A stretch of 54,797 bases of DNA, filler included, from Sphacelaria rigidula (taxonomy: Eukaryota), in the NCBI GenBank assembly GCA_964200075.2. It is 4 parts of 4 records of this genome, joined end to end, with 100 filler letters (N's around TTAATTAATTAA, not from the genome) between each part and the next. Parts side by side here need not be neighbours in the genome. Positions count along the whole stretch, not along the records: positions 1 to 13,629 come from CAXNAA020002760.1; positions 13,730 to 27,356 come from CAXNAA020002761.1; 2 more parts are not named here. One strand, 5' to 3'. The notes under the pieces were generated by a model that made no database searches, had not been told where the DNA came from, and saw only the letters and a list, made by a program, of their open reading frames with translations. The translations under genes and the position numbers were made by a program. This document shows, piece by piece, positions 11,193 through 23,400 of the stretch; the stretch's first letter is position 1; each line of letters opens with the position of its first letter.

Positions 11193-13024
11193 AGTACTAC
11201 CGTTGGGACCGGGCCTCCACAACGACTACTGAGGCTGGTCAGTAATGACGGGTCTGCGTCTGCACGAAACAGTGTCATGTTGCTGAAAATCCGCGTATGT
11301 AATCGCAGAGTTCTGAGGAAGACCAAAAGTTTCATCCAATCTATTGTCAGATGCAGGGTGCGCATTAGGTAATGTACATCTGATGTAGCAGGTAGTATCT
11401 GTCGCCGTAAATAGCTTTCAACAGGACGCGGCGACCGGCGGGCCGCCCGCCACTTGTTGCTTTGGATTATATTATTGTCCCCATCACCTTGCCACATAGC
11501 CCTTGGTGGTCGGGGTGGGCCGCCATTTCCCTCTTTGTTGCATGCAACAAATTCCCTTCGAAGGGTATGTGCGTCGTGGCGCACATACATACAGTATAGT
11601 ACAGTGCAGTACGCCTCTTCGACTGCAGCAGCAGCTGCCGCTGCATACTCCCTCGCACGTTCTGGGCAGTTCTAAGCGACGGAGATCAGCTGCCTATACA
11701 TAGCTTGTTCATCTCCGCCCACTACATACATGTTCACAGTGTTCTGCAAGTCATCGGCATAGGGATAAGCAGAATTCATGACGGTAGCTCCTTTTGTCTT
11801 TCCACGGCCCATCTGGATTTAGTGCGTTGTGAAAATGACCACATTGTAGCATGTACACTTCTTCCCGGTTTTTCCGGTCGACATTGTGCTACTGTAAATT
11901 ACTACGTTTTCGCAGGGAATTGAGACCCAAAAAACCCACCGGAAAACTCGGGAACGGCATACTGAGTGTAAGTTATATCATATAACCAAGTTCCGACCGC
12001 CCTGCGCTTGGAAACCTGCGAAGGCTTATCTGGGCCAGGGATAGGGTTCCCACACGATCTTTGCAGTGGCATCATACTCGCCAACAACCCTAGCACTGAT
12101 CGTTCGGGTCTGGTCGATAAATTTCTCCTCGCCGTGATTGGGCAAGTCGCTCGAAGACTTGTTTTTTATTATTTCACTAACGCATGGTCAACCCCGTGTT
12201 AGTGAGGGGCCAGTCCCAAAAGGGTCAATAGGGTGAGCACTCGAGTCACTGCTCTTTGTGGAAAACATAATGTATGGTACTGACCTGCACGGTATTGTAC
12301 AGTTCAGTGCAGCACCAAGCCATGCTTATTGCAGTGAATGTTATATCGTCATCAACGTACAGAATAAACCGCGATCATAATGTTTTTCGTGTAACTAAAA
12401 CAACAATGCTTCACTTTGGTGTCTGAATGGTGAACACGGGACTACGGGGTTTTCAAAACCTGTATGCATACATATGTGAGGTTCATACAGCATAATCACC
12501 GTATCCACAAGCTTGAGCTACTTAGCATGGCTGTGTGTACATACACTCGCATTCAGTGTATGGGATTTGAAACCAGCAGAGATTGTTGAAGACTTCAATC
12601 CCCTTCCCCAAATGATGATGAAATGGTGGGCAAAATGATGAGTTTTCAACAATTTCTGTTGTCTCTCGATTCTCATCCACTGATACGCGGTACAGTATCT
12701 GGTACTTGAATAGCAGAAGCTGCTCGCAAACAGGTCCTTTCCCCCCCCAATTTCAGGTATTGGCGGGCAAAATGAGGATTTATTTCGAACAGCTTCTGGT
12801 GTACAAATCCCATCTGCGAGTGTATATGGAATTTGCACAGCCTCTGCTGTTCGACATTAATCATTCTTGCCCGATCCCATCAATTTGGAATTAGGATTTA
12901 TTTCGAACTGCAGAGACTTTACAAATTTCAGATTTCCATACACACGCGGCCATTCTGCTCCTGTCTGGAAATCCTCTATCGTGATTTTCATCCTCTGGAG
13001 GGTAAATGGTCCTCTGGAGGATAA

Positions 13025-13286
13025 AATACCCCCTAGAGGTGTTTCGTCCCTCTGGAATGGACATAAACGAATCCTCTGGAGGGCATCTGATGCTCCAGTG
13101 ACTTTTGAGGTATGAATACCCTGTAGAAGTGTTTCATCCCTCTGGAATTGACATTAACGAATGAATCCTCTGGGGGGCATCTGATGCTCCAGTGACTTCT
13201 GAGGTCTGAATACCCTGTAGGGGTGTTTCATCCCTCTAGAATGGACATCAACGAATCCTCTGGAGGGCATCTGATGCTTCAGTGAG
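13025..13286. repeat. Minisatellite, about three copies of a 90-94 bp unit
   Basis: AATACCC...GAATCCTCTGGAGGGCATCTGATGCTCCAGTGA repeated from 13025, 13115 and 13209. Confidence 0.88.
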
Positions 13287-13629
13287 TACTCTTCAAGTTT
13301 CCCGAATCAGTCCGATGTAATATATAAGGCAATGGCCTAGAAAAGGTACACCTTCTCGTTTCTTGCCTAGGAAAAGTATGAAAAAATGGCCAGAAACGCG
13401 AAAACAGCCAAACACGCCATTATGATCGTTTTCGCTCCGGATTTTCCACGCACATCGTTCGGGGGGACCATTGGCACCCAGGACTCGAAATCAAACGGAT
13501 GAAAAATATGATACGCGAGCGACATGGCCACGCGAAAACGGACATTTCGCCTCCAGACACCGCTTACCTTTTGTAGGCCACATTTCGCCGAGGTATACCT
13601 GATCTAGGAATTCTTTTTCAATCGTACCT

Positions 13630-13729
13630 NNNNNNNNNNNNNNNNNNNNNNNNNNNNNNNNNNNNNNNNNNNNTTAATTAATTAANNNNNNNNNNNNNNN
13701 NNNNNNNNNNNNNNNNNNNNNNNNNNNNN
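13630..13729. other. Artificial contig linker N44-TTAATTAATTAA-N44
   Basis: Stop-in-all-frames spacer flanked by Ns; identical to the other two linkers. Confidence 0.97.
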
Positions 13730-13866
13730 TAGGGTTAGTGTTGGGGTTAGGGTTAGGGGCGTGGTACCCCCAGGGACTGACCCGATTGGTTTTGAAAAAC
13801 GTCGATGCTGAGGTGTTTTGAACTACGGCGCGGTCCTCTAAGCACGTGGTCCTTTCACGCATTACG
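13730..13866 (+). mobile_element. Third, contig-truncated copy of the same MITE
   Basis: TAGGGTTAGTGTTGGGGTTAGGGTTAGGGG...GCGGTCCTCTAAGCACGTGGTCCTTTCACGCATTAC matches the right half of 9450-9659. Confidence 0.85.
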
Positions 13867-14410
13867 CAGCTTCTCGTTAGGGGAAGGGGGCACCAACACC
13901 GCCGGTACTGCACCCAAGCACCCATGTGATTCAGCAGTTGCCTCAACCTCCCCCTACTGCACTGTCCCTCTACTGGCGGCGGAGGTCCGCACGACCCTGT
14001 TTGGCTCCTCATTTTTCGCGATTACGTATATGCGTGCGTTTTTACTCATATACCCCCTTCACTTTACTATTTCATCATTTATTTACGTGCGCACGGTGTC
14101 GCATTGGCACACAATACAGCCCCACCCACGTTTGTACCAGAGTCTGGATCTCGCAGAGCCTTATGATGACCTAGTCCATTCCAGTGTTTAAACGAAATCC
14201 TCCATTTCCGAGTCGAAAACAAAACGTTGAAAGTAATTTTACGGAGTCTTTCCCGTGCACAACGCAACTTCCTGCGGCGTCATCACGGTGCTGTAGTTCG
14301 TGAGACAGATGAGATTACAAACTGATCACTCGGCAGTGGAACACTCCACCACACAAGCAGCCCGTGTAGTGTTGACATCGCCGCGCCGATTCACGCGATC
14401 ACGCCTCTTC

Positions 14411-17400
14411 CTACCAAAGTTCGTGGATCAGCGAGCTGACACTTTCGATCATCGCCGGGTTGAGATTGAACGATAAGCGTAACAGCCCGAGGTTCTTCTC
14501 GTGAAAATCTTGCACCATTATCTGAGGCTTCGATTCCAGAAACCGAATGATGCCATCTTCCGACTCGTCCATGCCCACATGCCTCCGAGCTGCTGCCCTC
14601 GCTTGGCCGCCGCCGCCGCTGCTGCTGCTGCTGCTGCTGCTGCTGCACGCGTTAGACGGAGTATACCAAGAATATTCGCGAGAATTCACTTGCTATCTTG
14701 ATCATAAAACGTTTACCGAACTGTACCACCACTCTCAGGTCACCGTCACAAACTCCCCCACGACGACGGCATCTCCTTCGAAAAGTGAGAAAATGAACAA
14801 GAATTTTTCATGACGTCAATTTCATGCACTCTCGACACTTTGATTGTTCACCACTTAAGAGGGGCTACGTGCGAGGTTCGATTAGTGAGACACCTGCGAT
14901 GGAAGGGCGGGGGGGGGCGCAGGGGGGGGGTTATATTCCTAAATCTCCTGCTTAACATCGACCGAAAAATATCACTCAACAACGCGCCAGATGTTGGAGG
15001 TGCTATGAATCAGGTTGTCAACTATTTCCACCCCGTTCGGCCCGTTCAAAACGTATTTTGAGATTGTCTGAGAATACGCGCACCACCGTAGGCCTCTTCG
15101 TGTAAGCTGAAAGCGTTTCAAGAGGCTCCTCTCATTCCATCCAACCCCCCGCCTGGATGTTCTAGTTCTCACTTGGTCGTGGCGATCAATTGCTCGATGC
15201 ATGCTTTCACGTTCGTCTCGTACACGTTTGCGAGTGTTTCCTCGGGACGTGTGGAGTGCGGTACGCTGTAGGCGATGAGGCACGACGCTCGAAAAGGCCT
15301 GGACCACAACGACCGGGTGAAAAAAGTTGGGTTGACAGCGTGAGCTTAAATCTCGTATTCGGAGCCTACTGTATAGCGTTACATGTTGACCATAAGGACA
15401 CACCTTGTTCGTGCGTGCAAAAACCTCCCAGTGCACACACAGTCATCATCCCCATACTGCGGTGTGTTGTCGTCCCATCTATTCTGGGCGCCGGTCTACA
15501 CATTTCGGTACATGTGGGCACACCAGCCGGGGTCATACAGGAGAAAGGTCAACAGAGGAGATTTTGTTTTTTTGTGCGTACATCTGTAAATGCACAAGCG
15601 ACGGGCTTGGAAGGCCCGCAGTGGGGACAACAGTGGAGTCAACATTGTGAAGCCCACTTTATGATTCCTGAGACGTTTTCGACGTACTATACTTCATATT
15701 ACCATGGATGGATGCATATGGCATATATACGTACAGCCATGATGAATCGCGCCCAGAGTCGTTTGGCGTCCACGGCATGAGCTACGACAGTCAGTGTTGT
15801 GTAGGATTCCTATTATCCCGGGAGGTTAACACTACACCCGGGCGCGCCCTTACTGAACGGGGGATTTGGGGTATCGACTCTCATACCAGAACTCCGAAAT
15901 GAAAGTCCATCGAACTAGCTTCCTTGCGTCCTCTTCACCGAATCTCGGAACGGTCTTGATCCCCAGCGAGTGTTGAAGGCTATATCTGATTAAGCAGTTA
16001 GCCGGTCCCAGGTGATGCGGACAGGAGACATGTATCATTACATAGTCAAACAGGATACCGGGGAGGCGCACCTCGGGGGACTAGTAGATCTCTGCGCAGT
16101 ACCTTCAAAATTCCGTACTTGGCATCTGATGCAGACACCTTCCGCAGTCACAGGCTAACGGCATAAGCTAGTCGAACAAATAACAAAAAAGGATCCGAAC
16201 AAATAAAAACACGTTTCAATTTCTACACCCGCTCCCCCCGATATGCGCTGGTGCGAGACCGTGTATCCACACCTCTCCCCGCTCGACCCTCCTCCTGTCA
16301 CGAAAATAATCTTCACGAAACCCCACTCACATGTTGCAGACGCGCTTGATCTTGCGAGGGGTAGTGACGACGGCGTCCACGAGAGCTCGAAACTCCTCAA
16401 GTTCGTGGGGTGCGTACCTTCGAAGTGATGGAGGGATACAGGCGCGCTGTGCATAGGTGCCTGCCTCAGGCAGCTCGAAGTTGCCACGGGTAGGGGTGGC
16501 ACCGAACCCTGAAGATCCTACTTCAAAATACCATCAAGCAGTAGTAGGTGTTCAGGGGTAGGGTGAGGGTCGTGCATAGGGTGGGGTGTATACCGATGCA
16601 ACATCTCAGGCATATAAAAGGGAAACGCAACGCTGGCGGGTGTTCGCAATCCCTAGTTTTTGGGAAAGACGTCGACGTTCGGTCAGTTCCAACGGTTGCG
16701 CCATCGTGGTCAGCGCATCGCTGACCGGTGTACCTATCCATATCATGATCACCAGCTAAACCGCTGGCCACCGCATCTTCCTGAAGATTTCGATTCGGGG
16801 GCATGAAGAGCACTATGGTACCCGTTCTCACGAAACACAATTTCGGCAATTGACGTGGATACGGGGACCTCGCCGCACCCATCGGTCGAGGCTATTGCAT
16901 CGGCGCCCCCACAAACGTCTCTCCCTGGGTACCAACGTCCTCGACTGACACACGAAAGGCCACACACATCGCGCGTCTCCTCTCCCCACAAGAGGGGTAT
17001 ACATCGACGATGAATGGAATGTGAATATCGTCACGATTGTTACGGCCACTAGATTAGAACACTGCAAGGCGTCGTTTACCTGTAGACTCACCAAGCCACG
17101 GCGTTCGGAGACAGGTTCCTACTAGCTTGAGGCGCTCCGTCTTGGTCCCCAAAGGGATGAAGAACGGCCAGTGAATGATCTTATCGAGGTACTCAGCGCC
17201 GGACACCTTCGAGCGACAAGGGCCGTATATGCGAAGTATACATTTATGCCATTGGTAGGGTGTCGTACACGGAGGCAACGAGGTGCAAGGAACACTTGAG
17301 CTAAAAAATGGCGTTCCAATATTTTCCAAACGTCATCCAGACACTGTTGCCCAGTCATGATGAGCAGTCGTGTTCGGGGGTTTGCTCTCTGCAGTCTGCT

Positions 17401-20400
17401 TTGCACGGTTGAAACGTGCGATCCAATTGCGTAAACATTGGCTGAACACGCCCCCACACGAGTGATAGGACAGTTCAACGAGTAAGTCAGAGCATTGCCA
17501 AGAATCGAAACGCTGTCGGCTGGCGCACAGCGCTACGTAGCCACAATTAGGCAGTGCCGGAAGCGCGGACGACGTCAATTAATACACCTTCGATTTGGAT
17601 CGCTTTCCTGAGCAAGAAACTCAGCCGCGAGTTTCCCACATGTTCACCGAGGTGTTGGGTAAATGTGAGTCAACGACGGTAAGTACCTGGCGGCGCATTT
17701 CGGGATCCATGTCAGCCTCGATTGCAGCGATGATCACCCGAGGGTCGAACGCCAACAAAAGCACGACGTTGGTCTGCGACGGATACGAGAGCGAGAGGTG
17801 GGGTGCCGATGGAAACTGGGAATGGCGCTTTACGGTGATGCTCAACGTTTTGTCATCTTGCTGTGCAGGAGGGTACCCACACGCATCCCCTACTGAATTT
17901 CGACTATAAGGTGTGACCAATCGTGACTTCACGAATCTGTCCCGCGTGGAGTGATGTCGATATAATACCATGAAGTGACAGCGTGCAGAAAGGTGAGGAC
18001 ACAGAAAGCACGGTGCGAGGGAGCGCTTTTCATGTAGCTGTGGACAGACTACGTTCAGACGCAGGGACCCATGAGTCCAGGACATCTAATCCGACAGAGT
18101 TTGCAGATCACACTGAAAGAGCATACATACTAAGAGAAAAATGCTAGACTATGACATCACTTGAACATGGTCCGAAGAAGCGAAGATTGTTTCAAGCACG
18201 AAGGGTGAGTAAGCCATATTGCGTTTCGCAGGAATGTGGGCGGCTTATTCGAGAGTTCGTGCGGAGAGAGGTTTGGAAGCGTGCGTACACAACCCACATG
18301 ATTCAAAGGTACGTTTAGTGCCGTGTGGTAAGATAACAGAATCTGCACCTCGTCTTGTGCGAACAGAAGGTGGACGGTCTCCAGCACCTTGATGATCTGG
18401 CGAGGTGGACATCGGTCGAGATTGTCGATGCTGACAACCAGCACGTACTTATCCTGAGGAGTGCACTTGGCCTTTATCATCCGGAGCAGGACCTGAAGGA
18501 CGGTGAATCGAAGACAAACGAACGGACTTTCAGTTGACGAAGTCATATGTTGACACTTCACCTATATCGACACAGCATGCAATATATTACTTGAATATTC
18601 CAAGCTCTCCATCAAATGAAGAACGGGGAACCTGATCGAACTGAGTCGTAGATAAATACTTGGTAAACTATTCACCACTAGACGCTGGGAACACGTCCCC
18701 TCGACGCTACCTATGAGCGAGAGGATACGATCCAACACTATCAGGTGATGTGCGACAGTCAATCAATTGAACCAACCAATGACCACGAAAATATTATTGA
18801 AACACCCATTTCCTAAACCGCCACATAAGCTAGCATTTCTGATCAGTCATACTGTAGGCTCGTGGCAAACCTGCATCTCGTCTCGAACTTTGGCCAGGAA
18901 CCCCAAGTGGTCAGTTCCCACGCTCCCGCCCATCGACTGCGCCTCGCTCAGAATTTGTTGCCCTTGCCCTTTGAAAACGAAAGGCAGTGCCTGTTTCGAA
19001 GAGCAGTCAATCCAGAGAACATGCTCACCTCAGAAATATCCTCTGATGCACGCCACAAAAACAGACCCGCACTTCGCGAAGATCGTATAGCATGCGGACT
19101 CCCACCATGAAACAAGAACGAACTACGCGTTCACAACACATGTCGCACAGACCGGTCATTTTGTCTTTTTTTTTTTTTTCGTAGTCTACTCTGTTGGTCT
19201 GTTCCACCTATTCTGTTTCTTGTTTTCCTTCAGGAAGTGCTTCAGTTTAGTCTTGTCGCGGGTACGTCTATCACGGCACCATGATTGGATCCCTGGGGGA
19301 TCAGTGAAAGTACGACAATCAATCAACCAACCAATGATATATAGCGCTGTTTCCTGCTTGCCGTGAACGTCATACTGACTTGGGAGTGGAAAGATGAGTA
19401 ATATGAAATAGGACTGCGTCTGAAGTCGTGCGACTTCCGGAAATCACGCAGGGACGCTTAGGTTTGATGGACCCATGCCATGGGCGCACCCCGCACTTGG
19501 TTCACCAAAGTAGACGGACCCGTCTCCAAATAAAACATGCTCCGCCTTTGGCTACGAGTTGGGTCAGCCAAAATACCGTATTCCTGTGGCACACGATAAC
19601 GTTCCTGATTCTCTTAATTATCCAAGCGTAAGTATATCCTTGTGAGCTACAGACTAATCTGATGATGTACGCCCTGCCGCTGAAGAAAACAAAATGGGTT
19701 TGGGGGGGGGGGGGTGTACTGCATACTACATTACCTCAACGATGGCATCAGATTCTGCGAAGAAGATCTTATACCTGCCATGACTCGAATTCCTGACTTT
19801 CTACCCTTTCGGAAGTCTCGGAAAGCATATTCGTGAGATCAGGAACGAATTATCGTTTTCGGAACGGGTTCGAAACCGATTCGGGGCATATGGCCACCGA
19901 TCAATTTCAGGCAGGTAACTCTCGGTAGACCACGACTTTGGTTGAAGACGTGTATTTTCCTTCATTGAAAGCTTGCGAACAGAAAAGGAAGAGATGATTT
20001 TGTTCCAACGGGGATTGAGATTAGCGGCGGTGCCAAACCAAGAGAGCGAGACAGAGGCTTTGTCTCTCTTTGTATCCTACACTAGAGGCCTCTCTGTGTG
20101 CTGTCATCAGTCAGCATTGGGGCGTAGGCACAAGTGGCGGGCTGGTAGCCGAGTACATTTTGTACAACGGGCAGGTGGATGTGCCCCAAATCATCCCCAC
20201 CCTCATCCAACATGCACAATGACCTGCAGAGGTCGGGATCTTGATATATACACACAATCGTTTGATGAAGAACCACCACCACAGTTGTTGTACTGTATCG
20301 ACATGTACAGCGAGCGGACATGCCAGGAGCTGTCCGGTGATCATCCACGAAGACAACGTTGGGCAGAATGGAGTCATGCTTGGGCGACGGCTGGAGTCGC

Positions 20401-23400
20401 GTGGAGGAATTCGGTACATACTTCTTCTCAGTTATAATCATGGAGTGCTCGTACACCCGAAACACTCGCTAGATTATTCGAAGAACGCTTCGATGTGTCG
20501 TTTCGATTCTTTGCGGGAGAGTTCACGAGACATTTCAATCTTCACTGTTCCCAGAATTTCACATATAAACACTCACGGCTCATCGATGTGAAACGGATAA
20601 GACCTCGTATCTTTCCGATATTGTCTGATGACCAGTCCACTCTGAAAGAAAGTTGTTTCTCTCGTACTCTTTCGGTCATCGGTGAGCACCGCTGATTGAG
20701 TTTTTACATCAACTGTTTGGGCTCCATAGCGCAACGGACGTTTGTTTTTAATGCTTTCGAGATATTATGGTATGTTTGACTTATCAGCTGAAAGCTCACT
20801 TCGGAAACTGAAACGGGTCTGAAGGAAGGTGTGTTACAACTGATTAATTGAAAATCACAGATTCCGAAGGTCAGTACAGTACAGTACAGTACAGTATTTG
20901 TGCAGTACAGAGAACACTGCAAGTGTACAAGACAATGCTACTACTGCAGGTCAGACGGGTGTGCGGTGTGAGCGTACCGAGCACAAAGTGTGCTCCTCCA
21001 TGAGATTGTCTCAGTGAAGGATCACCAGGCAGCTCCTGGCATGTTCACTCGGTACAGAACAATAACTGCTGTAGTGGTTCTGCATCAAACGATTGTATGA
21101 GTGCATGAAGACCCCGATCTTTGTAGGTCATTGTGCATGTTGGATGGGGGTGGGGATGATTTGGGGCACATCCACCTGCCCGTTGTTCAAACGATATATG
21201 GTTAGCAATCCGTCACTTGTGCCGCACACCCCAATGCTGCTGACAGCACACAGAGGCCTCTAGAGTAGGATACAAAGAGATACAAATTTAGTGTCTCTCT
21301 CTTGGGTTGGCACCGCCGCTAATCCCAATAGCGGTTGGAACAAAATCATGTCTTCCCTTTCTGTTTGCAAGCTCTCAGTGAGGAAAGAAAACGCGTCTTC
21401 AACCAAGGTCGTGATTGACCGAGAGCTACCTGCCTGAAATTGATCGGCGGCCATATGCCCCAAATCGATCACGAACCCGGGCCGAAAACGAGGGTTCGTT
21501 TCTGATCTCACAACATATTGTTTGATACCCGTTGGACAACGGGATGCATCGGTGTCACAGAAAATTGAATACGCTGCTCAGTTTTAGGAGTTTTGAGACG
21601 AAATATCACAATGACTTCCTGCACGCAAGCTGACAATTCTTCAATAAAGCAACCTCAGCATCTATTCTTCATCAAGTGATGACAATCTTCTTTTTCAGAA
21701 ATTCCAAACTGTTCTGGCTTTCTCTTTGTTTTTCCTTGGTCGCTTCTACCACTTTCCGCGTGCTGATGTCATGAATTTCGTGTTAAAATCTCAGCGCCTG
21801 ACTCCTGAAGTTAAGCAGCGCAACACGGTTCACCCGCCAAAAGGAACTTTTGGCTGGGCCAGCTTGTATCGCTGTACGTCTCATTCCCCTCGTGTTTGTT
21901 TTTATCCACCACATCACTGCATCTGGTGTACATGACACGACTGAATCTTCCAAGCATCTCTCCTGGGGTCGACCTCGAAACCTACCGCCACGAAACCAAG
22001 CGTATTTTCTCATGTCGGGTGTACCTTAATCGCGCCCATTACTATTGACAGAGGGAGTCCGGTAAATGCCACGACCGCGAGAACTTCCACCAGCATACCA
22101 TCGTGTTCATCGACTCCACGGTAGATCACCACACTGAGTGCCATGAGTCCAAGCAATACCACCGCCGTGCAGATCGTCACAGCCCAGTCCATGCATGTGA
22201 ACGCCTCTACGGCGTACCGTACCCGACTAGCTCGTACCGCACCCTTCCCAAAACAAGGGTGATCCTCCACCTGCGCGTGTACATAGTTCGTCAACATGGG
22301 AGAGAGCAGAGATTCCAGGAGGGGTGTACCCATTCGTGGCTTCCCTTAGTTGTTTTATCATTAATTACGCATTCCTTTCGATACGGGGGTCAGCACAAGA
22401 TTCCCGGGGGGGCGTACTCATTTGCTGCTTGCCTTAGTCGTTTGACCATTGGCCAATTCCAGGGGGGAAACATCTCCCATTTGAATCGAGTGTACTCGAC
22501 CTTTGCGCAACTTACGCAGCGAGGAATTTCGGCGCGACAACAGCGTATGTCCGTTCGCGTATGCTGTGCTCAGTCGGCTACGAAAATGGTCCCGCAGCGT
22601 TCAAGGCCCAGGTGGAGACGGGCCAGATGCCACGGCTCTGAAACCTCTTCTCCCTGGCCACCAAAGGGATCTCCTGGCGGTAACGTGCGTATACTCTTGC
22701 TCTGTGCACTTCTACAACTTCTTCATCTGAAAGAAGTAATCCATCCCACCAATACAGTGGCGTGGCGGTCAAAATGTCTTCGTGATCAATCCAGCAGATT
22801 TTTCCGGAGAGGCTCAATGAAATGAGGTCGTAGCACATTCAACTGTGATAACTTCCACTCCAACAGCCCCGGTATATCTCCACATCCGTGTTCATCAACC
22901 TAGAGCTGTTGTTAAGACCATCGGTCCCTGAGTCGCGTGCGTGATTCCGTTTCCTCACCTGTTTGAATACCTGACTGATGAGGACGGCCCACAACACGTC
23001 CGAATCTGCAAAAAGCCAAGCGTCGAAACCAGTAACGATGCACGTCACACGAGGTGCTGTTCTAGAATACGTCTGTGGCTCATCAAGAAGGGGGGATTCC
23101 ACATCGTCTCCATTTCCGTGCTTCACATGGGCATAGCATCCGCAGAGGCGGCAGCTCCAGCAAAGACAACTGGTCCCGTCCCAGCAGCGAGTGAGCAGAA
23201 CGTGTAACAGGGTTCCCACCCCGAAACGTGCGATGAACTGTTGGCACAAGCGTCCGCCTGACACCGTCTGGATGCCACTGGTGCGAAGCTTCGCCAAGAT
23301 GAGCTTCAGCAAAGATGACTGCAACGTTTTACAGGTTGGGGGGTTTGCAAGCGGGCACGTGTCGCGGTATCATCATTTAGTATAACATCGACATCTTGTG

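Noticed and set aside
13674-13685. TTAATTAATTAA palindrome (also in the other two gaps) and ORFs crossing the Ns
   Set aside because: Assembly linker, not biological.
13730-13760. TTAGGG repeats at a contig start suggesting a real telomere (also 37065-37110)
   Set aside because: Degenerate and part of the MITE interior; the 37 kb copy is a short intronic tract.
16640-16945. Extra coding-like exon in KAP intron 8
   Set aside because: The phase-compatible frame hits a stop, and exons 8 and 9 already join in frame without it.
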